Shown here piece after piece: positions 7,254 through 16,064 of a DNA stretch of 32,000 bases. The stretch's first letter is position 1, and each line of letters starts with the position of its first letter. The DNA lies in contig OY843585.1 of assembly GCA_963692945.1 (NCBI GenBank), positions 570,001 through 602,000 on the forward strand, written 5' to 3'. Source of the DNA: Bdellovibrionales bacterium (GTDB lineage Bacteria; Bdellovibrionota; Bdellovibrionia; Bdellovibrionales; UBA1609). Made by a program: the position numbers and the translations under genes. The notes beneath the pieces were generated by a model. That model did no database searches, was not told the DNA's origin, and saw only the letters and a list, made by a program, of their open reading frames with translations.

Positions 7254-7964
7254 ATGAAAAATCCTTATTTTTTAAAAGCTTCTGAATTTATAAGTGAGTA
7301 CGGAAAAAAGATTGATCTTAAGGGAATCGAAACAGCCATTTTTTGTTTCAACTCTTCTTTAGCAAAAAAAATTTCCATAAAATATAAATCCAAAAGAGTT
7401 TTTGCCTTTGGAGCTTGTTTAGATATCTATGAAGATTTTCAAAAAGTTTTAGTGAGTCAATTTGGTTTTGGTGCTCCTGCCTCTCTTTTGCAATTAGAAT
7501 ATATGAAAGCCTTTGGGATTAAAGAGTTTTTCTCTATAGGAACGGCTTGTGCTTTATCTTCTAAATTGAAAATGGCTCAGGGGGTTTTCATTGAAAAAGC
7601 TTATGGGAGAACATCTTACTCTTCTTATAATACCAAATCGGAGGATCCGTTTGTGGAAAATTCTTGTTTAGAAGAAGGAAAGAAATGGGCTGATTTTTTA
7701 AACCTTAGCCCTGTTACAAGTTGGACAAGTGATGCTCCTTATAAAGAAACAGAGTTGGATACCTATTTATCCAGAGGTGTTTCTTGTTTGGAAATGGAAG
7801 CCAGTGGACTTATGGCAGCGGCTCATCATGACTCTTTAAAAGTATTTTGCTTTGCTTTTATTTCTGATTGTTTGGAAAAAGGTCAGTGGCATTTATCTTT
7901 TTCCAGTCCTGATTTGAAAAAATCTTTTTTTCTTACTTTAGAAAAATTATTAAGGAAAGTTTGA
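7254..7964 (+). CDS. PNP/UDP-family nucleoside phosphorylase (candidate MTA or methylthioinosine phosphorylase)
   Basis: 'VSQFGFGAPASLLQLEYMKAFGIKEFFSIGTACAL' and 'GVSCLEMEASGLMAAAHHDSLKVFCFAFISD' align with DeoD/Udp-type 'GHGMGIPS...' and 'VEMEAAG...SD' motifs. Substrate is inferred only from the mtnA and mtaD context. Confidence 0.65.
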   Translation: MKNPYFLKASEFISEYGKKIDLKGIETAIFCFNSSLAKKISIKYKSKRVFAFGACLDIYEDFQKVLVSQFGFGAPASLLQLEYMKAFGIKEFFSIGTACALSSKLKMAQGVFIEKAYGRTSYSSYNTKSEDPFVENSCLEEGKKWADFLNLSPVTSWTSDAPYKETELDTYLSRGVSCLEMEASGLMAAAHHDSLKVFCFAFISDCLEKGQWHLSFSSPDLKKSFFLTLEKLLRKV

Positions 7965-8021
7965 AAAAAAACACAGCATTGGTTGATAAAAAGAAGTATC
8001 TCATTTATTCTAGGAAAATCT

Positions 8022-9401
8022 ATGGCTCAAAATTATGATTATGATCTTTTTGTGATTGGAGGAGGTTCTGGAGGAATCCGTGCAGCTCGTTGGTCTGCTA
8101 ACTTAGGGGCAAAAGTGGCTCTTTGTGAAAGTGATCGTCTTGGTGGGACTTGTGTTATCAGAGGTTGTATTCCTAAAAAATTGATGGTCTATGGTTCAAG
8201 TTTTAAAAAACATTTTGAAATAGCTCGCTCTTATGGTTGGGAGTTTGAAGAGCCTCAACTTAATTGGAAAACTTTTAATGAAGCAAGGGACAAGGAAATA
8301 AAAAGGTTAGAAGGTATTTATTCCAATTTATTAAAAAATGTAGATGTTGATTTTATTTCAGGGAAGGGAACCATTCAAGATCCTCACACTGTTGCTGTCA
8401 ATGGAAAAACTTATAGAGCTCGTTATATATTGATCGCAGTTGGTGGTTGGCCAATAAAACTTTCTATAGAGGGAGCAGAACATTCTATTACATCTAATGA
8501 AATTTTTTCTTTAAAAAAACAACCAAAGTCTCTTTTAGTTATTGGAGCCGGTTACATAGGTTTGGAGTTTGCAAGTATTTTTCAAGAATTAGGAACAGAT
8601 GTATCCGTTATGTTTAGAAAAGACTATATTCTTTCAGGCTTTGATCAAAGTGTTCGCAAGCATCTTCAAAAAGAATTAGAAAAAAGACATATTACAATGC
8701 TTTCAAAATGCAATCCTGTGAAAATAGAAAAAGAAGGTGAGAATTATCATCTTACGGATAGTAAGGGGAAAGTATGGTCAGGTGATTCCATTTTGATGGC
8801 AATAGGTCGGCGGGCAAATGTTGAAAAACTAAATCTAGAATCTATTGGAATAAAAATTCAAGCCCCTCATTACCATATTCCTATCAATAACAAATTTCAA
8901 ACCAGCTGCCCTAGTGTTTTTGCTGTTGGAGATTGTGTAACAAAACCTTTTCAGTTAACACCTATAGCTCTTTCTGAAGGAATGTTTGTTAGTGAGTATC
9001 TCTTTGCTAAAGATAAAAAATTAGAAGTCAGTTATGAAAATATTCCTTCTGCTGTTTTCACTCAACCCGAAGTTGGAACTGTTGGTTTTTCTGAAGAGCA
9101 AGCTCTAGAAAAAGGTTTTAAAGTAAAGATTTTTGAAAGCACTTTTCGTCCTTTGAAATTAACTCTTATGAATCAAAAAGATACCAACCAAACGGAAAAA
9201 ACCTATATGAAGCTTGTGGTTTGCAAAAAAACAGATCGGGTTTTAGGTTGTCATATTGTAGGAGATATGGCTGGAGAAATACTTCAAGGCTTTGCTGTGG
9301 CTATTAAAAATAAACTTACTAAAAAAGATTTTGATCAGACAATAGGAATACATCCTTCTAGTGCAGAAGAGTTTGTAACAATGAGGTCGGAGAGAAAATG
9401 A
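8022..9401 (+). CDS. gor: Glutathione-disulfide reductase
   Basis: 'YDLFVIGGGSGGIRAAR', redox-active 'GGTCVIRGCIPKK', second Rossmann 'LLVIGAGYIGLEFA', C-terminal 'IGIHPSSAEEFVTMR'. The tracked ORF starts at 7983. ATG 8022 ('MAQNYDYD') fits the family N-terminus. Confidence 0.85.
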   Translation: MAQNYDYDLFVIGGGSGGIRAARWSANLGAKVALCESDRLGGTCVIRGCIPKKLMVYGSSFKKHFEIARSYGWEFEEPQLNWKTFNEARDKEIKRLEGIYSNLLKNVDVDFISGKGTIQDPHTVAVNGKTYRARYILIAVGGWPIKLSIEGAEHSITSNEIFSLKKQPKSLLVIGAGYIGLEFASIFQELGTDVSVMFRKDYILSGFDQSVRKHLQKELEKRHITMLSKCNPVKIEKEGENYHLTDSKGKVWSGDSILMAIGRRANVEKLNLESIGIKIQAPHYHIPINNKFQTSCPSVFAVGDCVTKPFQLTPIALSEGMFVSEYLFAKDKKLEVSYENIPSAVFTQPEVGTVGFSEEQALEKGFKVKIFESTFRPLKLTLMNQKDTNQTEKTYMKLVVCKKTDRVLGCHIVGDMAGEILQGFAVAIKNKLTKKDFDQTIGIHPSSAEEFVTMRSERK

Positions 9402-9482
9402 CTTTTGCTTTTATCTTCTGTAAAAGTTAATGTTATTTTTTAATCTCAAGATTGTTTCAACAATAGAATTAAAAAAAAGAAC

Positions 9483-10328
9483 CTACAGAACTTTAATGAG
9501 TTCCACTTCAAAAATCAGTGTTGCATTTGGAGGGATAGAACCACCTGCACCTTGGCTGCCATAACCTAGTTCTGAAGGAATAAAAAATTTGTATTTTGCT
9601 CCTTCTTTCATAAGTTGAACACCTTCTGTCCATCCTTTGATAACTCTGTTAAGAGGAAAGGAGATGCTTTGATTTCTTTTGTAAGAGCTATCAAATTCTG
9701 TTCCGTCAATAAGAGTTCCACGGTAGTGTACTTCTACAGTGTCTGTTGCTAGTGGGTTCTTGCCATTTCCTTCTTTAAGCACTTCATACTGGAGTCCTGA
9801 GTTTGTGACTTTAACTTCTTGTCTTTTACTATTTTCTTCTAAAAATTTCTTACCTTCTGCCATGTGTTTTTCTCCTTTTTTTCTTGTAACAGGTTGTTGT
9901 TGATCTGCCATGAGGTCTTGTTGATTTACAATGGATTTTTTATGACTTAAAGAATCTTCCATGCCTTTTAAAAAAGATTTTATCTTTAAATTATTGTCCA
10001 TTTTTTTAATATTATTTGCTAGGAGGTAACCCATGCTGTAGGATTTTTTATCTTCTATATCTTTTAGGTTGAAGTTTTTAGAAAAATGAGAAATGAGAAC
10101 AGAAAAGATATTTAAAACGATCAATAGAACAAGGGTTAATGAGATGCCCTTAAGTAATGATTTTGAAATGAATTTTTGTTTATAAAAAACATACAAAAAA
10201 CAAATGATTAAAACTAAATTTATAAAACTATTATAAGGATACTCAGCAAAATAATAATTGCATATGAGAGTGATAGCTGCAAAAACAACAACCATTAAAG
10301 AGAGCAGGATGTATAGTTTTTTTCTCAT
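9483..10328 (-). CDS. FKBP-type peptidyl-prolyl cis-trans isomerase (Mip/FkpA-like) with polytopic N-terminal membrane region
   Basis: C-terminal 'GLQYEVLKEGNGKNPLATDTVEVHYRGTLIDGTEFDSSY...FPLNRVIKGWTEGVQLMKEGAKYKFFIPSELGYG...IPPNATLIFEVELI'. The N-terminal ~85 aa contain three hydrophobic segments. Confidence 0.9.
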   Translation of the reverse strand: MRKKLYILLSLMVVVFAAITLICNYYFAEYPYNSFINLVLIICFLYVFYKQKFISKSLLKGISLTLVLLIVLNIFSVLISHFSKNFNLKDIEDKKSYSMGYLLANNIKKMDNNLKIKSFLKGMEDSLSHKKSIVNQQDLMADQQQPVTRKKGEKHMAEGKKFLEENSKRQEVKVTNSGLQYEVLKEGNGKNPLATDTVEVHYRGTLIDGTEFDSSYKRNQSISFPLNRVIKGWTEGVQLMKEGAKYKFFIPSELGYGSQGAGGSIPPNATLIFEVELIKVL

Positions 10329-10414
10329 GGTTTTTTAAAACTAATCTTATTTTTGTAAGAGAGCAAGGTTTTTTTTCTTGAGGTGTCTTCCCATTTTGGG
10401 CTATAATTTGATTT

Positions 10415-11158
10415 GTGAAAAAACATCGTAGAAAATGGCTTCCAATCTTCTTTGTTATGGCGTTTATTGGTAGTTTTTTCTATCTTGATTTTTTGACCTA
10501 TCTGGATTTTCAAAGTTTTAATCATCATAGAGAAATACTTCTTCAAATGGCCGAAGAAAAGACTTTATTTTTAATGCTCTGCCTTTTCTTAGGTTATTTG
10601 TTTATGGCCGTTTTGTCCTTACCAGGGACTATCCTTTTAACTTTATTTGCTGGTTTTTTATTTGGTTTAGTGAAAGGGGTTATTTTGACTTCTTTGGCTT
10701 TGACAATAGGGGCTACTATCACTTTTTTATTCTCTCGTTTTTTGCTTCGTGGATTCTTTATAAAAAAATATGCTTCCCGATTGAAAACTATTTTATCGGA
10801 TTTAAATAAGTATGGAATCTACTATTTATTTGCTATGAGGATGGTTCCACTTGTCCCTTTTTTTATTCCCAATGTTCTTATGGGTTTAACTTCTATAAAA
10901 ACAAAACATTTTTTTATTGTAACTTATATAGGTCTTCTCCCTGATCTTATTATTTATGTGAATGCTGGAAGATATTTTTCAAAGATAGAGCAAATAAAAG
11001 ATGTATTTTCTATAGGCCTTATTGCCTCTTTTGTTCTTATAGGTTTTTTACCTCTTGGAATTAAAAAAATCATTTCTATTTTGAATAAGAAAAACAAATC
11101 TTATATTAACTCATCAGAATTATCTCCTGAATTGGAATTGGTAAATAGAGAAACATGA
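10415..11158 (+). CDS. TVP38/TMEM64 (DedA-related, YdjX/YdjZ-like) membrane protein
   Basis: Multi-pass membrane protein with 'RMVPLVPFFIPNVLMGLTSI'. It has a GTG start at 10415; ATG 10457 is an alternative. Its stop overlaps the next gene's ATG (ATGA at 11155..11158). Confidence 0.65.
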   Translation: MKKHRRKWLPIFFVMAFIGSFFYLDFLTYLDFQSFNHHREILLQMAEEKTLFLMLCLFLGYLFMAVLSLPGTILLTLFAGFLFGLVKGVILTSLALTIGATITFLFSRFLLRGFFIKKYASRLKTILSDLNKYGIYYLFAMRMVPLVPFFIPNVLMGLTSIKTKHFFIVTYIGLLPDLIIYVNAGRYFSKIEQIKDVFSIGLIASFVLIGFLPLGIKKIISILNKKNKSYINSSELSPELELVNRET

Positions 11159-12462
11159 AAAATTTTGACACTCTTTTATTTCCTAAAAAAATTCTTTTGT
11201 ATAAAAATCAAAAATTTGTTGTAGAAGAGAATCAAGCTGTGGGCATTACAGATGGTCGCATCTCTTTTGTAGGAGAATCTTCTTCTCACCTTCAAGCCAA
11301 TAAAATTTTTAAGTTTGAACATCATTTGTTATCACCAGGTCTCATTAACACTCACACTCATTTACCCATGTCTTTATTTCGTGGCTTAGCCGATAACTTA
11401 CCTCTTAAGACATGGTTAGAAGATTACATTTTTCCATTGGAAGCTGGCTTGGTGGACAAGGATTTTATAATGACAGGGACAAAATTATCAGCTATAGAAC
11501 TTATTAAATCAGGAGTGACTACTTTTTTTGATATGTACTTCTACAGTGAGGTTATGGCTAAGGTTTTAGAGGACGTAGGGTTAAGAGGTTTTGTAGGAGT
11601 GGGTGTTCCTAGTGTAGAAAAAAATTGGAAAAATTGGAAACAAAAAACATTAGATTTAAAGAAGAAATATAAAAATCATCCTAGGATAGATATAGCTATT
11701 GCACCTCATGCTCCTTACACTTTAAGTTCGGAAATGCTTTCTGAGATAGGAGATTTTTCTAAAACAGAATCTATAGATCTTACCATTCATGTTTCAGAAA
11801 GTGAATGGGAACAACAAGAGATACAAAAAAAATATGGAAAAACTCCTGTTCAGTATTTGCATGATTTAAATGTCACTGGAGAAAAATCTCTTTTTGTTCA
11901 TTGTGTTCATGTAGACAATAAGGATTTGGAGATTATGTCAAAAACTCAAACTTCTTTTTCTTACAACCCTGAAAGTAATATGAAGCTTTCTAATGGGATA
12001 GCTCCTATTAGGGAGGCTTTGAAAAAAAACGTGATTGTAGGCTTAGGAACAGATAGTGCGGCATCTAATAATGATCTTAATCTATTTCAGGAAATGGATA
12101 CAGGTATAAAACTTCAGTCTTTAAAATATGGAGATCAATCTTTGACCGCTCAAGAGATGTTTCAAATGGCAACAATAGAAGGAGCTAAAGCGATAGGCTT
12201 AGAAAAAGAAATAGGAACTATTGAAGAAGGAAAGCGAGCTGATATAATAGCGATTGATTTTGAACAGGCTCAATTTTACCCAGCTCATAATCTCATTTCA
12301 CATTTGGTCTATAGTACTCAGGGAAGTGAAGTGAGTTTTGTAATGTGTGAAGGTCAAGTGTTAATGGATAATAATAAGTTGCAAACTTTAGAGGAAAAAG
12401 AAGTTTACAAAAAAAGTGCTAGTTTTGAGAAAAAAATAAAAGACTTCTTGAAAATCAAATGA
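11155..12462 (+). CDS. mtaD: 5-methylthioadenosine / S-adenosylhomocysteine deaminase (amidohydrolase superfamily)
   Basis: 'PGLINTHTHLPMSLFRGLADNLPLKTWL', 'IAPHAPYT', 'LTIHVSES', 'FVHCVH', 'GLGTDSAASNNDLNLFQEM'. These give the full metal-ligand pattern of the MtaD/TM0936-type family. Confidence 0.8.
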   Translation: MKNFDTLLFPKKILLYKNQKFVVEENQAVGITDGRISFVGESSSHLQANKIFKFEHHLLSPGLINTHTHLPMSLFRGLADNLPLKTWLEDYIFPLEAGLVDKDFIMTGTKLSAIELIKSGVTTFFDMYFYSEVMAKVLEDVGLRGFVGVGVPSVEKNWKNWKQKTLDLKKKYKNHPRIDIAIAPHAPYTLSSEMLSEIGDFSKTESIDLTIHVSESEWEQQEIQKKYGKTPVQYLHDLNVTGEKSLFVHCVHVDNKDLEIMSKTQTSFSYNPESNMKLSNGIAPIREALKKNVIVGLGTDSAASNNDLNLFQEMDTGIKLQSLKYGDQSLTAQEMFQMATIEGAKAIGLEKEIGTIEEGKRADIIAIDFEQAQFYPAHNLISHLVYSTQGSEVSFVMCEGQVLMDNNKLQTLEEKEVYKKSASFEKKIKDFLKIK

Positions 12463-12508
12463 TGGATGAGTTTAAACCAAAAAGCAAAAAATCTATTGAA
12501 AGTTAAAT

Positions 12509-13876
12509 ATGTCTAAAAATAAAACCATTTATGTCTGTCAAAGTTGTGCTTGGGAAGGAGTTAAATGGCAAGGACGTTGCCCTCAATGTGAATCTTGGAA
12601 TTCTATTATAGAAGAGCAAGTGATTGGCTCCAAAGGAGGTAAAGAAAGATTTTCAATAGGTGGAGGAACTGAGAGTCCACTTCCTTTTTCGGAAATGGAC
12701 ATTTCTTCTTTTGATCGTCAAAGTTCTGGACTGAAAGAATTTGATAGAGTTATTGGTGGAGGTTTTGTTTCTGGTTCCTTTCTTTTATTGGGAGGAGATC
12801 CAGGAATAGGTAAAAGCACTTTGTTACTTCAAGTTTGTGGATACCTTTCGGAAGGTCGTAAAAAAGTACTCTATGTTTCTGCTGAAGAAAGTGGTTCTCA
12901 AACAGCTTTGAGAGCTCAAAGACTAAATATCAATAATCCTGATCTTCTTTTTTATAGTGAAGCTTCTCTAGAAGATATATTGCAAAAAGCTCGTAAAGCA
13001 AAACCTTCTGTTTTAATTATTGATTCTATACAAACTGTTCATTTGAAAAATTTATCCTCTGCTCCTGGTACCGTTTCCCAAGTGAGAGAATGTGCAGGAC
13101 TTCTTATGAGTTTTGCAAAATCTAACAATATAACTGTAATTATAGTTGGACATGTTACAAAAGACGGGAGTCTTGCTGGACCAAGAGTGTTGGAACATTT
13201 GGTAGATATTGTTTTGTCTTTTGAAGGAGATGCTAATTATCAATTTCGTATTTTACGCTCTAGTAAAAACCGATTTGGTTCCACAAGAGATATTGCTGTT
13301 TTTGAAATGAGTGATGGAGGATTGAAAGAGGTGAGCAATCCTTCTCATTTTTTTCTGAGAGAAAAATCAGAAGATCGTATAGGTTCTGCTGTTTTTACAG
13401 CTATGGAGGGAAGTCGCTCTTTTCTTTGCGAAATACAATCTTTAGTTATAAACTCTTACTTATCTATTCCTCGTCGGACGGCTTTAGGTTTAGATATAAA
13501 TCGTATTCATATGGTTGCTGCTGTTCTGGATAAGTACTTAGGAACGGATTTAGGAAAAAAAGATCTCTTTGTGAATCTTGTGGGTGGGTTAAAAATTTCA
13601 GAACCTGCTTCCGACTTAGCTGTTGCTGTTTCTATTTTGTCCTCTCTTTATAAAAAGCCAATAGATAGGCAAACTTGTTTTTTTGGTGAAATTGGTTTAA
13701 CAGGTGAAGTGAGGTCTTGTCGTTTTGCCAGAGAACGGATTTTAGAAGCTGAAAAATTAGGATTCCAAAGCATTTATCTAGCTAAAACTTTAGAAGAAAG
13801 TTTAAAAGATACAAAATTTAAAATTAAACTCATTTTTAAAGATCATTTAGAGAATCTTAATTTTTTTGGGAAATGA
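12509..13876 (+). CDS. radA: DNA repair protein RadA/Sms
   Basis: Zn-finger 'YVCQSCAWEGVKWQGRCPQCESWNS', Walker A 'GGDPGIGKSTLLLQ', 'KNRFGS' motif, and a Lon-like C-terminal domain. Confidence 0.95.
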   Translation: MSKNKTIYVCQSCAWEGVKWQGRCPQCESWNSIIEEQVIGSKGGKERFSIGGGTESPLPFSEMDISSFDRQSSGLKEFDRVIGGGFVSGSFLLLGGDPGIGKSTLLLQVCGYLSEGRKKVLYVSAEESGSQTALRAQRLNINNPDLLFYSEASLEDILQKARKAKPSVLIIDSIQTVHLKNLSSAPGTVSQVRECAGLLMSFAKSNNITVIIVGHVTKDGSLAGPRVLEHLVDIVLSFEGDANYQFRILRSSKNRFGSTRDIAVFEMSDGGLKEVSNPSHFFLREKSEDRIGSAVFTAMEGSRSFLCEIQSLVINSYLSIPRRTALGLDINRIHMVAAVLDKYLGTDLGKKDLFVNLVGGLKISEPASDLAVAVSILSSLYKKPIDRQTCFFGEIGLTGEVRSCRFARERILEAEKLGFQSIYLAKTLEESLKDTKFKIKLIFKDHLENLNFFGK

Positions 13877-15070
13877 TTAAATCATATTTTGAGCTTTAAA
13901 TTGATTTTTAGGTTTATTTATATTTCTTGGTATGTCTCCACAAGAAGGATTGTTTTTTGTGATATCATAAAAATCTTGCAATACTTTTTTTGCAAAAACA
14001 CCTGCTTCTTGACTCCTGTGATTTTCTACATATTTTCCAAAGGTTTCAATAAAATCAGAAGTGGGAATGCCATAAGGTTTTTTATTAAAAATGGCCTGCT
14101 TATAAGTGCGACTAAGACTTGTTTCGGTTTCGGACCATAGTGTTCCTTTTATAGTATTGGCATAATTTTTAAGTTGATTTTTTATCATCTCAGGTCCTCC
14201 ATTGTATCCTTGTAAAGCAATCGTTTGAGTGATTAGTTTTTTGTCTTGAAAAATAGAAATGTATTTTATTTCTTTAATTTCTTTAAATTCTTCCTGATTG
14301 TTAGCTCGGTGGGATTCAAAGTCTTTTTTTCCTTTAAAGATCAAAAGATTTTTTGGGTTACTATCTAACCTCACAGTAACAATATCTAGATCTTCTACTA
14401 TCTTTTTAGCCTCTTCTAAAGAGTGTAGATAATAGAGAGCCGAGTAAAAAAGGCAACTGTAAGGGTTAGAATGTAATGTACAAATAGTCTTATCTGTTTT
14501 TCTATTTCCTGCAGTAGTAGATAGTGGTTCCCAATTTTCTGTGATGGCTGTACATTTATTTGGATCATTAATTTTTGCAGGTAAAAATCTTTTATTTATA
14601 TCTGTAATAGCAATTCCTGTAAGTTGTCCGTAACAAGAAGCCCCTGTACCACTTTCTGCTGCAATTTGAAATCGGGATTCTCTATTTATTAAAGCAAAAA
14701 AGAAGCTAGGGTCTTTGATGTTTAAACATTGACTGACTTCATGAAAAACACGGGCCGTTGTTTTGATATATTGATTTGAAGCACACATAGGTATGGATGA
14801 TGTTCCTTCTTGGAGTGAAGAGTTTTCACAAAAAGTGTTTTTACTAGGGGGGATTGGAGTTTTCCTAGCAGATACAGATTGTTTAAAACAAGATAAGGTA
14901 GGAATAAAAAGAGGTTGAGCAGTCACTCTTTGTGTTAGACATTCAAAACAGAAACCAGCTTCAGTGGATTGAAGATGATTAAATGAAACTTCTTTACAGG
15001 TTTGTTGAGCTATTGAAAGAACAGGAGTGTAGGTGAAGATTCCTATTATTAAAATAAGATATGTTTTCAT
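13877..15070 (-). CDS. Secreted Cys-rich protein with lytic-transglycosylase (SLT/lysozyme-like) motifs
   Basis: Signal peptide 'MKTYLILIIGIFTYTPVLSIA'. 'ALINRESRFQIAAESGTGASCYGQLTGIAI' resembles SLT 'ES...GA.GLMQ'. A later 'IALQGYNGGPEMI' resembles 'AYNAGPG'. The spacing between the motifs is about 155 aa, longer than in canonical SLT domains. Confidence 0.5.
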   Translation of the reverse strand: MKTYLILIIGIFTYTPVLSIAQQTCKEVSFNHLQSTEAGFCFECLTQRVTAQPLFIPTLSCFKQSVSARKTPIPPSKNTFCENSSLQEGTSSIPMCASNQYIKTTARVFHEVSQCLNIKDPSFFFALINRESRFQIAAESGTGASCYGQLTGIAITDINKRFLPAKINDPNKCTAITENWEPLSTTAGNRKTDKTICTLHSNPYSCLFYSALYYLHSLEEAKKIVEDLDIVTVRLDSNPKNLLIFKGKKDFESHRANNQEEFKEIKEIKYISIFQDKKLITQTIALQGYNGGPEMIKNQLKNYANTIKGTLWSETETSLSRTYKQAIFNKKPYGIPTSDFIETFGKYVENHRSQEAGVFAKKVLQDFYDITKNNPSCGDIPRNINKPKNQFKAQNMI

Positions 15071-15171
15071 TGATACAAAATATATTTTATCATATTTAAA
15101 AAGTATTTATTAGTGAATTATGGATTGAGTGTTGTTTCCTTTTAGTGTTATCATTTGGGAAAAAACAAGAC

Positions 15172-16029
15172 TTAAGTGCTAACATCTTCTGCTATGGAAC
15201 GGATGATTTGTGACCAGAAATTCAAGAAAGCATTTTGTGATGTTATATCAGTAAGTTTAATTAAGCTAAGAGCTAAAACAATAGATAAAAAAAGAAGGAG
15301 CATATATTCCACAATCATTTGTCCTTTTTGATTTTTAATAAAGTTCATAGATTGACTAAATATCAATAAGATCTTCATAAGTAAAACTTTAAACCAAAAC
15401 GGTCCTTTTTTTTCTAATAGGAGGCTGATGTTTCTTGATAGGGTGTTATTTAATGGTTTAGAGATAAAGGATAGAGATTTTTGTTGTTTTTGAGTTAAAA
15501 TAGGTTGTAAATATTTAGGTTTCTCAACTTTATAGACTTTTTCAAAAAGATAACTCCAATCAAATAAATAACCAGGGTCTTTTTTATTACGAAATCCAGA
15601 AATATGTTCATGACCTAAAATTCTTTCGTGATTTTGAAGTTTAGGATAAATGACTTTTAAGTGATGTAGGGTTTGAAAAAGAGTTTCATATTGTTTTTTT
15701 GTATAGGAAAATACATTTCCATTTAAATTGACCAATTCTATACCTACGGAAAAATCATTAAAAGCATTCCATTTTTTGTTTTTAGTGTCTGTCCAAAAAC
15801 TTTTGCCAGCATGATAAGCTTTATAACAAATTCCTTGCCAGCAAGACACCATTTCATACAGGAGTCCTTCTTCATCAATAAGTAAATGACAAGAGACTTC
15901 TGAGCTTGGATTTAAGAAAATATCAAGGCTACCTTTAAGGTCTTGTGCTGTATAGTGTAGGATAACAAATTCTACTCCTATCGGAGTGTTTTGGAAGTGG
16001 GGAGACTTGTAAGAGCTTATAAGTTTCAT
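15172..16029 (-). CDS. N-acetylmuramoyl-L-alanine amidase (AmpD/Amidase_2-like) with ~120-aa hydrophobic C-terminal extension
   Basis: 'VEFVILHYTA', 'SCHLLIDEEGLLYEMV', 'AYHAGKSFW', 'NDFSVGIELVN', 'ILGHEHISGFRNKKDPGYLFDW'. The extension holds two hydrophobic segments. The second is preceded by 'KGQMIVEY' (see findings). Confidence 0.8.
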   Translation of the reverse strand: MKLISSYKSPHFQNTPIGVEFVILHYTAQDLKGSLDIFLNPSSEVSCHLLIDEEGLLYEMVSCWQGICYKAYHAGKSFWTDTKNKKWNAFNDFSVGIELVNLNGNVFSYTKKQYETLFQTLHHLKVIYPKLQNHERILGHEHISGFRNKKDPGYLFDWSYLFEKVYKVEKPKYLQPILTQKQQKSLSFISKPLNNTLSRNISLLLEKKGPFWFKVLLMKILLIFSQSMNFIKNQKGQMIVEYMLLLFLSIVLALSLIKLTDITSQNAFLNFWSQIIRSIAEDVST

Positions 16030-16064
16030 GAAATTATTATTTTAATAAAATCAGAATAACAAAA

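Noticed and set aside
10325-10546. 73-aa minus-strand ORF spanning the FKBP / TVP38 intergenic region
   Set aside because: It overlaps the 5' end of the TVP38-family gene on the opposite strand. It is K-rich and low-complexity, with no motif and no RBS.
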